Notes: generated by a model not told the origin, from the letters alone. Shown: positions 9,993-18,863, numbered from the stretch's first letter. The stretch is DNA of 39,676 nt from an uncultured Oscillospiraceae bacterium (GCA_964576395.1 CAZNVF010000001.1:1-39676), one strand, 5' to 3'. Numbers and translations are program-made.

Positions 9993-12116
9993 TTACTTTT
10001 TAATTTCCGTTCTTTCGTAGGTACATTCCGGGTTTGAGCAATAGATCTTAGCGTTGCGGCCTTTCTTAGAGAGAAGGCTTTTTCCACAGATCGGGCAGTT
10101 TTCTGCAATGGGTTCATCCCAGCTCATAAAGCCGCAGGTGGGGTTGTGCTCACAGCCATAATAAGTCTTTCCGGTTTTGGATTTTTTAAGAAGTATTTTC
10201 GCCCCGCAAAGAGGACATGTGCCCGGGGTTTCTTTAACAATGCGCTTGGTGTTTTTACACTCGGGGTAACCCGGGCATGCAAGGAACTTTCCATAACGGC
10301 CATTTTTTATAACCATTTTTCGGCCGCATTTTTCACAGACGATATCAGTTTCTTCCTCTGGAACTTGTATCTTTTCGTTGCCCTGGTTCTTCTGTGCAAC
10401 CTCAAGAGATTTGGAAAAATCGTCATAGAATTTTTTCATCATGTTTACCCAGTCGGTTTTTCCTGCTTCGACTTTATCAAGCTCTTTTTCCATTTTTGCA
10501 GTGAAATCCACATCCACAATGTTTGAAAAATGTTCTTTTATAAGGTCGACTGTTATTATACCAAGGCTAGTGGGCTTAAGGGCCTTGCCTTCCCGCTCCA
10601 CGTAATTACGGCTGAGGATCGTTGTGATGATCGGCGCATAGGTGCTTGGGCGGCCTATGCCATTTTCCTCAAGGGCCTTGATAAGAGACGCCTCGGTGTA
10701 GCGGGCAGGTGGAGCGGTAAAGTGCTGGTTGCCTTTTAACTCCTTCACTTTTAAAATGTCGCCCGCAGCGGCGTGCTTTGGAATGGAGGATTTTTCTTCT
10801 TCGCCGTAGGGGTAGAGGGTAGTAAACCCGTCAAAGCGGACGGTGAAGCCCGAGGCCTTGAAATTGTATTCCCCGGCGGCAATGTCTATAGATACGGTGT
10901 CATAAAGAGCGGCGGCCATTTGGCTGGCAATGAACCTGCTCCAAATTAGTTTGTAAAGTTTATATTGGTCGGAACTGAGGCAGCTCTGAAGTTTATCAGG
11001 GGCAAGTTCAGGCATTGTGGGTCTAATGGCCTCGTGCGCGTCCTGAGCGTTTGCTTTGGCTTTATATGCTTTGGCAGTGGAAGGAAGATATTCCTTTCCA
11101 TATGTGCTTTCAATATAGGAAGCGGCCGCTTGTTTTGCCTCAGCAGAGATGCGCAGGGAGTCCGTTCTCATATAAGTGATAAGACCTATGGCGCCCATTC
11201 CGGGAACGTCAACACCTTCATATAACTCTTGAGCTATGCGCATTGTGCGGCGGGACTGAAAACCAAGTTTCAGTGAAGCTTCCTGCTGAAGGGTAGAAGT
11301 AATAAACGGCGGAGCGGGCAGCTTTTTGCGCAGGCTTTTTTTAACGCCGGCAACAGTAAAGTCCTTTCCTTTTAATTCTTCAAGAACGGCGTTAGCTTCT
11401 TCCCCGTTTTTTATCTCGATCTTTTCACCATTTTTACTTTGCAGCCTTGCAGCGAAATAAGAGGTTTCGCCCTTTTCGCAGAGTTTTGCGTCAATGGTCC
11501 AATATTCCTCCGGTTTGAAAGCCTGTATTTCCCGTTCACGGTCAACAATGAGGCTGACGGCAACTGACTGTACCCGCCCGGCGGAAAGGGAACTTCCGCC
11601 ACGGATATTCTTCCAAAGAAAAGGGCTAAGTTTGTAACCAACTATTCTGTCAAGCACTCTGCGACCCTGCTGGGCATTTACAAGGTTATTATCAATGGTG
11701 CGCGGCGCAGCCATGCCCTGCTCAACGCCAAAATGCGTTATTTCGTTAAAAGTTACACGAACTGGGTCATCCATGGGGATGCCTAGAAGCTTGGCAAGGT
11801 GCCATGAAATAGCCTCGCCTTCTCTATCAGGGTCCGTTGCAAGATAGACTTTTGAGGCGTTTGCGGCCTCATTTTTAAGGTTTCGTACAAGGTTCTCTTT
11901 GCCGGATATCAAAATGTACTGAGGCGCGAAGCCATGGGCGATGTCAATGCCAAGAGTACTTTTGGGAAGATCTCGCACGTGGCCCATTGAGGCTACCACC
12001 TCGTAGTCAGGTCCAAGATATTTTTCTATTGTTTTGGCTTTTGCTGGAGATTCCACTATTACAAGGTTCCTGCCTTTTTTGGTGGAACGTTTGGTGGCTT
12101 TTGTTTCCTGAGTCGT
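9993..12116 (-). CDS. topA: DNA topoisomerase I
   Basis: TOPRIM (LVIVESPAKAKTI), the catalytic-Tyr region (ITYMRTDS) and C-terminal Cys4 zinc ribbons. The first canonical start (GTG 12056) would remove TOPRIM strand 1. The frame stays open upstream to a GGGAGG SD (12125-12130) with ACG at 12116. The 5' end is therefore uncertain (12056 to 12116). Confidence 0.9.
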   Translation of the reverse strand, partial: TTQETKATKRSTKKGRNLVIVESPAKAKTIEKYLGPDYEVVASMGHVRDLPKSTLGIDIAHGFAPQYILISGKENLVRNLKNEAANASKVYLATDPDREGEAISWHLAKLLGIPMDDPVRVTFNEITHFGVEQGMAAPRTIDNNLVNAQQGRRVLDRIVGYKLSPFLWKNIRGGSSLSAGRVQSVAVSLIVDREREIQAFKPEEYWTIDAKLCEKGETSYFAARLQSKNGEKIEIKNGEEANAVLEELKGKDFTVAGVKKSLRKKLPAPPFITSTLQQEASLKLGFQSRRTMRIAQELYEGVDVPGMGAIGLITYMRTDSLRISAEAKQAAASYIESTYGKEYLPSTAKAYKAKANAQDAHEAIRPTMPELAPDKLQSCLSSDQYKLYKLIWSRFIASQMAAALYDTVSIDIAAGEYNFKASGFTVRFDGFTTLYPYGEEEKSSIPKHAAAGDILKVKELKGNQHFTAPPARYTEASLIKALEENGIGRPSTYAPIITTILSRNYVEREGKALKPTSLGIITVDLIKEHFSNIVDVDFTAKMEKELDKVEAGKTDWVNMMKKFYDDFSKSLEVAQKNQGNEKIQVPEEETDIVCEKCGRKMVIKNGRYGKFLACPGYPECKNTKRIVKETPGTCPLCGAKILLKKSKTGKTYYGCEHNPTCGFMSWDEPIAENCPICGKSLLSKKGRNAKIYCSNPECTYERTEIKK

Positions 12117-12164
12117 AGTAAAAACCTCCCTGTTTAATGTATAGGTACTAATATATTACTAAAT

Positions 12165-12191
12165 TTATTGCACTGTTTTGCTATGCAATAA
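12165..12191 (-). terminator. 8-bp perfect inverted repeat between dprA and topA. It could be a weak terminator or an operator.
   Basis: TTATTGCA (12165-12172) pairs with TGCAATAA (12184-12191) around an 11-nt loop, with AT-rich flanks. Confidence 0.3.
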
Positions 12192-12199
12192 GTTTTTCG

Positions 12200-13366
12200 T
12201 TATAGAATTACAAATTTTCTTCCGGCAACGGGTTTTATAAGACTGAATATTTCAAGCTCAGTAAGGGCGGCCGCCGTTTCAGACGCAGAAAGCCCTGCCA
12301 TATTGGAAAGTTCATCTACAAAGCGCGGAACGCTGTCAATAAACTCATAAAGAGTGGCTGCTTTTTCAGAAATGCCGTTCGGAAGAGGCTTCTTTAAAGG
12401 TTTTGCCGGTTCATTTGGCGGAGAAGCGGCATTGACCGTTGGTGAAATAAATTTTTTATAGTTTTTGCCGAGACGAGAAAAATCTATTTCTTCCTTGTAC
12501 TCGTTGGAATATTCGCTCAAAATATCCATGGCGTTGGCCACAGGGGTGGCCCCTTTTTTTAAAAGGCGAAGGGTACCTTGTGAGGTTGGGCGGGAAACAT
12601 CCGCTGGAACGGCAAAAACTCTTCTGCCTTGCTCGATAGCAAGGTTTGCCGTCACAGAGGTTCCGCTTCTTGCAGCGGCCTCAACAACGCAGATGCCAAG
12701 GGACATTCCGGAAACGATTCTGTTCCTTATTAAAAAGAAACTGGACTGCGGTTCGGCATCCGGGGCAAACTCACTGACTACGGCCCCGTTTGCGGCAATA
12801 AGCTCCTTCAGCTCGACATTTTCGCTCGGATAAGTATTGCAGATGCCGCAGCCTTGAACGGCTATGGTCTTTCCACCCGCAGCAAGGCAGGCCTTATGGG
12901 CTGCTGTATCTACCCCTTGTGCCATACCGCTTACAACAACTGCTCCGGCGGCACCAAGCCCTCCTGCAATTATTTCAGACATTTTTCTGCCATAATCAGA
13001 GATCCGCCTTGTTCCTACAACACCGATGGCCGGCATTTTGTTAAGGCATTTTTCATCGCCAAGCACATAAAGCACCGGCGGACAATCATCAATTTTAAGA
13101 AGTTGTTTTGGAAAAAACTCAGAGTTTCTGGCAACCGCTTTAGCACCGTAATTTTCGACTCTTTCAATGGCCTTTTTTGCCATGTCAAGCGTAGTTGCAC
13201 GAATACGAAGTTCGTCGTAACCTGCGATGCATCCAACCTCGTCGATTCCGGGCTGTCCAGCAAGAAAAAACTCTTCAGGATCAGGAAAACGGCGCAAAAT
13301 AATATCGGCCAAAGAGCTTCCTGGCTGTACTGCAAGGCCAAGCCAAACCCAATGTAAAAGGCTCAT
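12200..13366 (-). CDS. dprA: DNA processing protein DprA (Smf)
   Basis: 388 aa. It has a Rossmann-like DprA core (IGVVGTRRISDYG..., VVSGMAQGVDTAAH) and a C-terminal winged-helix-like tail. dprA-topA-trmFO synteny is conserved. Confidence 0.88.
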   Translation of the reverse strand: MSLLHWVWLGLAVQPGSSLADIILRRFPDPEEFFLAGQPGIDEVGCIAGYDELRIRATTLDMAKKAIERVENYGAKAVARNSEFFPKQLLKIDDCPPVLYVLGDEKCLNKMPAIGVVGTRRISDYGRKMSEIIAGGLGAAGAVVVSGMAQGVDTAAHKACLAAGGKTIAVQGCGICNTYPSENVELKELIAANGAVVSEFAPDAEPQSSFFLIRNRIVSGMSLGICVVEAAARSGTSVTANLAIEQGRRVFAVPADVSRPTSQGTLRLLKKGATPVANAMDILSEYSNEYKEEIDFSRLGKNYKKFISPTVNAASPPNEPAKPLKKPLPNGISEKAATLYEFIDSVPRFVDELSNMAGLSASETAAALTELEIFSLIKPVAGRKFVIL

Positions 13367-13435
13367 AAAGCAACTCCTTTCTATGTTTTTGAAATGCAGA
13401 AAGACGAAAGTATGACTCCTGGAAATATAAAAAAT

Positions 13436-14215
13436 TTACCTTTGCTGAGACGCTACATATATCATTATAGCAGCAGCAGAAGCAGCATTGAGACTTTCTG
13501 CCCGGCCGGGCATGGGAATAATAACAATTTTATCGCACTGTGCAATGGTGTCTTCTGAAAGGCCATTTCCTTCGTTACCTATGAGCACGCAGGAACGGTG
13601 CTCAAATTTGACGCTAGGTAGCGGAACTGCCCGGCCGCTAAGTGCGGTTGCATAAGTGGTTATACCCGCTGATTTGAGCATTGATATTGCCTTTTCAGTG
13701 TTTGAAAAAACCTCAACCGGCAGTCTAAAAAGACAACCCATGGATGATCTGAGCGCCTTGGGAGAAAAAATATCGGCGCAACCGCAAAGGAAAACCCCTT
13801 TTACATCCATTGCCTCGCAGGTACGAAGCACAGTTCCAATATTACCAGGGTCCTGAAGCCCGCTGAGCAGTACGAAAACTCCGTCGGCATTTAGGTTTAT
13901 GCTTTTTTCATCAAAACGGCAGACGGCAAACACGCCCTGTGGAGTTTTGGTATCGCTTATTTTTTCGGCGATGCCGGGGGTTATATAGTAAACTTCTTTG
14001 GCGGAAGAAACAAGCCCTGAAATGTATTCAGAGTAGCGGCTTTCAGCCTCATTTGTTATAAAAAGGCGAAGCACCTCAGAGCCGCTTTTTGCAGCCTCAG
14101 AGCAGAGCCGCGCCCCTTCGGCAACAAAAAGTCCGGTGGATTTTCTCAGCCTTTTGTCAGATACCAAGGAAGCGGCCTCTTTCACCATTGGATTTTCACG
14201 GCTTTGAATAAGCAT
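13436..14215 (-). CDS. TrmH/SpoU-family RNA 2'-O-methyltransferase
   Basis: The start is trimmed to ATG 14215, behind AAAGGAGG (MLIQSRENPMVKE...). The C-terminal SPOUT motifs are LIGNEGNGLS and IPMPGRAESLNAA. 259 aa. Confidence 0.85.
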   Translation of the reverse strand: MLIQSRENPMVKEAASLVSDKRLRKSTGLFVAEGARLCSEAAKSGSEVLRLFITNEAESRYSEYISGLVSSAKEVYYITPGIAEKISDTKTPQGVFAVCRFDEKSINLNADGVFVLLSGLQDPGNIGTVLRTCEAMDVKGVFLCGCADIFSPKALRSSMGCLFRLPVEVFSNTEKAISMLKSAGITTYATALSGRAVPLPSVKFEHRSCVLIGNEGNGLSEDTIAQCDKIVIIPMPGRAESLNAASAAAIMIYVASQQR

Positions 14216-14310
14216 TGCGGGGGCGCCTCCTTTCGATAATAAAATACCACAAAACGGTTCAAAAATCAGCACTTTTGAAAATAAAAAATTTATCTTTAAA
14301 TAAAGCAATT

Positions 14311-14336
14311 CGCCCGAGCTATGCATAACCCGGGCG
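14311..14336 (-). terminator. Hairpin after rplT (end of the infC operon)
   Basis: On the minus strand CGCCCGGG...CTCGGGCG (7 of 8 bp) is followed by AATTGCTTTATTT. Confidence 0.45.
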
Positions 14337-14349
14337 CTTTTAGTCGAAA

Positions 14350-14703
14350 TTAAAGGGCGGCTTTTGCCTGTGCGCAAAGGGCTGCAAAGCCTTCTGCGTC
14401 ATGGATAGCCATTTCAGAGAGCATCTTGCGGTTGAGAGATACTCCGGACTTTTTAAGACCGTTCATGAAAGTAGAATAGTTCATCCCATTCATTTTGCAA
14501 CCGGCGGAAATACGGGTAATCCAAAGCCTTCTGAAATCTCTTTTTTTCTGTTTTCTGCCAATGAACGCGTAACGTCCGGATTTCATAACTGCCTGTTTAG
14601 CGGTTCTAAACAATCTGTGTCTTGCGCCATAGTAACCTTTAGTAAGCTTTAAAACTTTTTTTCTTCTTTTATGGGACATGATCCCGCCTTTAACACGAGC
14701 CAT
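14350..14703 (-). CDS. rplT: 50S ribosomal protein L20
   Basis: 117 aa, starting [24 protein letters not shown], a canonical L20 N-terminus. Confidence 0.97.
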   Translation of the reverse strand: MARVKGGIMSHKRRKKVLKLTKGYYGARHRLFRTAKQAVMKSGRYAFIGRKQKKRDFRRLWITRISAGCKMNGMNYSTFMNGLKKSGVSLNRKMLSEMAIHDAEGFAALCAQAKAAL

Positions 14704-14763
14704 TTGTTATTAACCTCCGTAATTTATCTAAGTGAATGTTGTTAAAAAGAATTTGCGCGCGGA

Positions 14764-14970
14764 TTACGCGTAGGGCATGATCTTTCTGAGTTTCTCCATG
14801 TTGGTGCAATCAGCATAAGTTGCATGACGGAGATTACGTTTACGTTTGGAATCCTTGTTTTGAGAATTGAGTTTGTGGGATTTATAAGCTTTATTACGTT
14901 TTACCTTTCCGTTTTTAGTAAAGCGGAAACGTTTTTTTGCGCCAGAATGAGTTTTGAGCTTTGCGTTCAT
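14764..14970 (-). CDS. rpmI: 50S ribosomal protein L35
   Basis: The start is trimmed to ATG 14970, behind CAGGAGGA. The product MNAKLKTHSGAKKRFRFTKNGKVKR is 68 aa. Confidence 0.95.
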   Translation of the reverse strand: MNAKLKTHSGAKKRFRFTKNGKVKRNKAYKSHKLNSQNKDSKRKRNLRHATYADCTNMEKLRKIMPYA

Positions 14971-15020
14971 TTTAGTATCCTCCTGATATTTAATTGCAAA
15001 AAGCAAATGTTAAACGAACT

Positions 15021-15539
15021 TTATTTTGACGATTTGGAAGTCACGATCATGACCATGCTTCTCCCCTCAAGTTTGGGAAGTTTATCCACAGAACCGTATT
15101 CGGCTATGGCTTCAGCAAACTTCTTAATCATATCGGAGCCGAGCTCCGTATGGGCCATTTCTCTTCCACGGAAGCGAACAGAGACTTTGACCTTGTTGCC
15201 GTCTTTAAGAAATCTTACAGCGTGGTTGACCTTAGTGTTGAAGTCGTTAGTATCGATATTAAGGGAGAGACGAATCTCCTTGACCTCGATAACTTTCTGG
15301 TTTTTCTTTGCCTCTTTTTCGCGCTTCGCCTGTTCAAAACGATATTTGCCATAATCCATAATGCGGCAAACATGCGGAGTTGCAGTGGGCGCAATTTCAA
15401 CGAGATCAAGATTTTTTTCCGCGGCTGCGGCAAGGGCGTCTTTAAGGGGAAGAATACCGAGCTGGCCGCCGTCGGAATCGATCACGCGGACCTCTTTTTC
15501 GCGGATCTCCTCATTTATGAGCAGTTCCTGTTTGGCTAT
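15021..15539 (-). CDS. infC: Translation initiation factor IF-3
   Basis: IAKQELLINEEIREKEVRVID... is a typical IF-3 N-terminus. GGAGG (15548-15552) lies 8 nt upstream of an in-frame ATA at 15539. The track's TTG start (15554) overlaps the SD itself. IF-3 genes classically use a non-canonical AUU/AUA start. Confidence 0.9.
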   Translation of the reverse strand: MAKQELLINEEIREKEVRVIDSDGGQLGILPLKDALAAAAEKNLDLVEIAPTATPHVCRIMDYGKYRFEQAKREKEAKKNQKVIEVKEIRLSLNIDTNDFNTKVNHAVRFLKDGNKVKVSVRFRGREMAHTELGSDMIKKFAEAIAEYGSVDKLPKLEGRSMVMIVTSKSSK

Positions 15540-15551
15540 GCTAAACACCTC

Positions 15552-15592
15552 CAAAAAAATAAAAAAGTGCGGTTACAAAGAAAGCACCGCAC
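15552..15592 (-). terminator. Intrinsic terminator (attenuator) immediately upstream of the infC SD
   Basis: On the minus strand GTGCGGT-12 nt-ACCGCAC is followed by TTTTTTATTTTTTT, which runs directly into GGAGG. Confidence 0.7.
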
Positions 15593-15696
15593 AAAAACAA
15601 CCCAGCGGGCAAAGGCCTTGCTCGCCAGAGCGTTTGATTTGCCGGTTGCGTTCAATTTGACGGGCCGGCGAGAACGGTTCGTTCTGCTTCTTTGTC
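15555..15696 (-). promoter_or_regulatory. Structured 5' leader of infC-rpmI-rplT, consistent with an L20-leader autoregulatory attenuator
   Basis: A ~140-nt leader lies between a consensus promoter and the infC SD. It contains several hairpins (AGAACG/CGTTCT, GCCGG/CCGGC, GCGAGCAAGG/CCTTTGCCCGC) and ends in a terminator. Family membership was not verified with a covariance model. Confidence 0.55.
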
Positions 15697-15702
15697 TTAA
15701 TT

Positions 15703-15731
15703 ATTATAATAGTTAAAAGTCCGCTTGTCAA
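15703..15731 (-). promoter_or_regulatory. Sigma-A promoter of the infC operon
   Basis: On the minus strand TTGACA (15726-15731), a 17-nt spacer and TATAAT (15703-15708). Both hexamers match the consensus exactly. Confidence 0.75.
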
Positions 15732-15801
15732 TAGGTTTTATTGAAATATGTAGAAAATAAATAGTGTGGTTCCAAATGTAGCGCCTTTTACTGACGGTTT
15801 A

Positions 15802-15830
15802 TTGACTTCGTCAAAATTTAATGTTATTAT
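15802..15830 (+). promoter_or_regulatory. Sigma-A promoter of pepF
   Basis: TTGACT (15802-15807), a 17-nt spacer and TATTAT (15825-15830), 35 nt before the start codon. Confidence 0.55.
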
Positions 15831-15864
15831 TTTATATTAAACTATAGAGAAAGGAACAGAGAAA

Positions 15865-17574
15865 ATGGAAAACTTTACTTTTGATAGCATTGAATATATC
15901 CGACCGGATATCGATGCTTTGGAGGAGTCCTTCAGGGAACTCACTGAGCGCCTTAAAAACGCTAAAAGCTATTCCGAGGTGCGCGAAATAATCTCTGCCT
16001 CAGATAAAGCCAGTGAAGACGCCGAGACTATGTTTGTGGTTGCCCACGTCCGTAACACACTTAACACCACCGATAAATTTTATGAAGATGAGCTGGCGTA
16101 CATTCAGCACAGACTTCCGGAGGCACAGCCAACTTTCAATGAATTTTCTAAAGCTCTACTTGAAAGCCCTTTTGCTGCGGATATTGACGCTGACCTTGGT
16201 CCGGAATTTCTCAATTCCATCCGCAGGAACCTCGCCTCATTCAGACCAGAGATAATTCCTCAGCTTCAGGAGCAGTCCGTGCTCACCACTGAGTACCAGA
16301 AGCTTATGGCTACTGCACAGATTGAGTTTGACGGCAAGGTACTCAACCTATATGGTATACAAAAATATTTTGAGCACCCGGACAGAGAAATACGAAAAGC
16401 GGCATTTAAAAAATACTCTGAATTCTACGCTTCCAATGAAGAGAAAATGGAAGAAATCTTTGATAAGCTGGTAAAAGTCCGCACTGAAATGGGCCGCGCC
16501 CTCGGCTATGAGACTTTCACTCCTCTTGGATATATAAACCAGGGACGAAGCGACTACGGTCAAAAAGAGGTTGCAGCATTCCGCGAGCAGGTACGTAAAG
16601 AACTTGTTCCTCTCTGCCAGAAGCTCTATGAGGCCCAGGCTAGACGTATAGGCGTTGATCATATTATGGTTTATGATGAGAAATTTATCTTCCCGGACGG
16701 CAATGCCGAGCCCATTGGCGATTCCAAATACATGGTGGATGAAGCGCGGAAGATGTACCACGACCTGAGCCCCGAGACCGGCGAATTTATCGATTTTATG
16801 ATCGACCACCATCTTATGGATCTTGACAACAAACCTAATAAGGCCTCGACCGGTTATATGACATCCCTTAAGAAATATAAGGCGCCTTTTGTGTTCAGCT
16901 GCTTCAACCACACCATTTTTGATATGCAGGTTTTGAGCCATGAATTGGGTCATGCTTTTGCGGGCTACTGCGCCATGAGGAGCCAGCCAATCTCTGACTA
17001 TTACAGCGAAAGCACCGATATTGCAGAGATACATTCCATGTCCATGGAACAGTTTTGTTATCCGTATGCGGAGCGATTTTTTGGCGATGCCGCAGATAAA
17101 TACCGCTTTGCACATTTGCAGGAGGCGCTTACCTTTGTGCCATTCGGTGTGGCAGTGGATGAGTTCCAACACATCATTTATGAAAACCCGGATCTTACCC
17201 CTAAGGAACGCACTTATGAGTGGCATAAGCTTGAGGAAAAATACATGCCTTGGAGGAAATATTCTGACGACGAATTCATGGATCGTGGCGGCTATTGGTA
17301 CCACAAGCTCCATATTTTCCTCTATCCTTTCTATTACATCAACTACACCCTCACTACCATGGGCGCTATGGAGTTCAAAAAACGCTACGCCGAAAATAAA
17401 GAAGAGGCTTGGGCGGATTACCTTGCCCTTTGTCGAGCCGGCGGAAGCAAGAACTACCTTGGTTTGCTAGAGGTTGCACACCTTCATGTGCCATTCGAGG
17501 AAGGTAGCGTCGCGAATGCAATCTCCTACGCAAAGGATATTCTGCTTAAGGCTATTGAAGAAGAGCAGAAATAA
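15865..17574 (+). CDS. pepF: M3B-family oligoendopeptidase F
   Basis: 569 aa with the zinc motif HELGHAF. Overall length and layout fit the PepF/M3B family. Confidence 0.85.
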   Translation: MENFTFDSIEYIRPDIDALEESFRELTERLKNAKSYSEVREIISASDKASEDAETMFVVAHVRNTLNTTDKFYEDELAYIQHRLPEAQPTFNEFSKALLESPFAADIDADLGPEFLNSIRRNLASFRPEIIPQLQEQSVLTTEYQKLMATAQIEFDGKVLNLYGIQKYFEHPDREIRKAAFKKYSEFYASNEEKMEEIFDKLVKVRTEMGRALGYETFTPLGYINQGRSDYGQKEVAAFREQVRKELVPLCQKLYEAQARRIGVDHIMVYDEKFIFPDGNAEPIGDSKYMVDEARKMYHDLSPETGEFIDFMIDHHLMDLDNKPNKASTGYMTSLKKYKAPFVFSCFNHTIFDMQVLSHELGHAFAGYCAMRSQPISDYYSESTDIAEIHSMSMEQFCYPYAERFFGDAADKYRFAHLQEALTFVPFGVAVDEFQHIIYENPDLTPKERTYEWHKLEEKYMPWRKYSDDEFMDRGGYWYHKLHIFLYPFYYINYTLTTMGAMEFKKRYAENKEEAWADYLALCRAGGSKNYLGLLEVAHLHVPFEEGSVANAISYAKDILLKAIEEEQK

Positions 17575-17585
17575 TGATTTTAAAG

Positions 17586-17615
17586 CAGTCCCGCCGATTG
17601 ACGGGGCTGTTTTTT
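17586..17615 (+). terminator. Intrinsic terminator after pepF
   Basis: CAGTCCCG pairs with CGGGGCTG (one G-U pair) around an 8-nt loop, followed by TTTTTT. Confidence 0.7.
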
Positions 17616-17621
17616 GCGCCC

Positions 17622-17651
17622 TTGACATAACCCCTTTTGCCATTTTATAAT
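17622..17651 (+). promoter_or_regulatory. Sigma-A promoter of the HTH-kinase gene
   Basis: TTGACA (17622-17627), an 18-nt spacer and TATAAT (17646-17651). Confidence 0.65.
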
Positions 17652-17692
17652 ATATCAAACTATTTACATTGCTTTCTTTAGGAGGCGTTTAT

Positions 17693-18772
17693 GTGACCAA
17701 GGTGGAAAGACAGGTATTGCAGCTTATTGAGGCTGACCCGATGATTCAGCAAAAGGAAATAGCAAAAAAACTTGGTATATCACTTTCATCAGTATCAGTC
17801 TGTATTTCCGAACTTACAAAAAAAGGCTGCATTGCTGGAAGGGGCTTCGTGCTCAAAAGTGGGAGCTATGTAGTTGTTGTTGGCGGGATAAATATGGACA
17901 TATGTGGACGTTCTTTTTCTTCCCTTGTTGCTAAAGATTCAAATCCAGGTGTTGTCAGAACCAGCCCCGGCGGTGTTGGGCGGAATATAGCCAATAACCT
18001 GAGCTTTATGGGTATTGATGTCCGGCTGCTTTCCGCCTATGGAGATGACGCTAACGGCGAGAGGATAGCGGCTTCATGTTCCGAGCTGGGAATAGATATC
18101 AGTCACGCCCTGAAAGTGCCCGGCGGTGTTACCTCCTCGTACGTATATTTAACAAATCCACAGGGGGAGATGGCCTTGGCGGTTTCTGATATGGAGATAT
18201 GCGAAAAAATAAACCGGGTTTATCTTTCAAAACATATAACTTTACTTCAAAACGCTCAGGTTATAGTAGCAGATGCCAACATTCCAACGGAGTCTCTCAA
18301 ATATCTTGCTGAAAACTGCGAGGTACCACTTTTTGTGGACCCCGTTTCAACAGCAAAGGTGGAAAAGCTCCGCCCAATATTGAATAAAATACACACGCTT
18401 AAACCAAACAAACTGGAGGCAGAGATCCTTACAGGAATAAACATAAGCGGCCCAACCGATGCTCAAAGGGCCGCAAACCGTCTTCTTAACTTTGGGGTAC
18501 GGAGGGTGTTTATCTCCATGGGCGAGGACGGCGTTTTTGCGGCCACAACTAAAGAAAGCCTTTGGCTCGATTCCATTCGTGCAAACATGGTTAACACCAC
18601 CGGCTGTGGCGATGCCTTTATGGCGGCCCTTGTTTGGGCTTATCTTGAGGGAACGGACCTTAGAGGCACGGCCCTTGCAGGCCTTGCGGCGGGCTCAATA
18701 GCTATAGAATCGGAGGATACTATCAATCCCTATATGAGCGCAAAAGCGCTTCAAGAAAGGATGAGAGCGTAA
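17693..18772 (+). CDS. PfkB-family kinase with an N-terminal winged-HTH (YeiI/YeiC pseudouridine-kinase-like)
   Basis: GTG start at 17693, 7 nt after AGGAGG. The N-terminal ~55 aa are HTH-like (QKEIAKKLGISLSSVSVCISELTKKG). The kinase core has DSNPG...SPGGVGRNIA and NTTGCGDAF motifs. 359 aa. Confidence 0.75.
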   Translation: MTKVERQVLQLIEADPMIQQKEIAKKLGISLSSVSVCISELTKKGCIAGRGFVLKSGSYVVVVGGINMDICGRSFSSLVAKDSNPGVVRTSPGGVGRNIANNLSFMGIDVRLLSAYGDDANGERIAASCSELGIDISHALKVPGGVTSSYVYLTNPQGEMALAVSDMEICEKINRVYLSKHITLLQNAQVIVADANIPTESLKYLAENCEVPLFVDPVSTAKVEKLRPILNKIHTLKPNKLEAEILTGINISGPTDAQRAANRLLNFGVRRVFISMGEDGVFAATTKESLWLDSIRANMVNTTGCGDAFMAALVWAYLEGTDLRGTALAGLAAGSIAIESEDTINPYMSAKALQERMRA

Positions 18773-18863
18773 AAATGGCGGAGCAAAGCGGCAAAACTTA
18801 CTTTTGACTTTATATGCCCGCTCAGGCGGAGCTGATGTAATAAAAACCGGTTTTTATCCAGTA

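Noticed and set aside
9992-10117. N-terminal extension of trmFO overlapping the topA 3' end. Similar extensions exist for the TrmH-family gene (14216-14377), rpmI (14971-15006), addA (23962-24135), the U32 gene (18933-18995), galK (30075-30134) and tmcAL (32707-32760).
   Set aside because: In each case an internal ATG with a good SD yields the conserved family N-terminus. The extension overlaps the upstream gene or an intergenic terminator.
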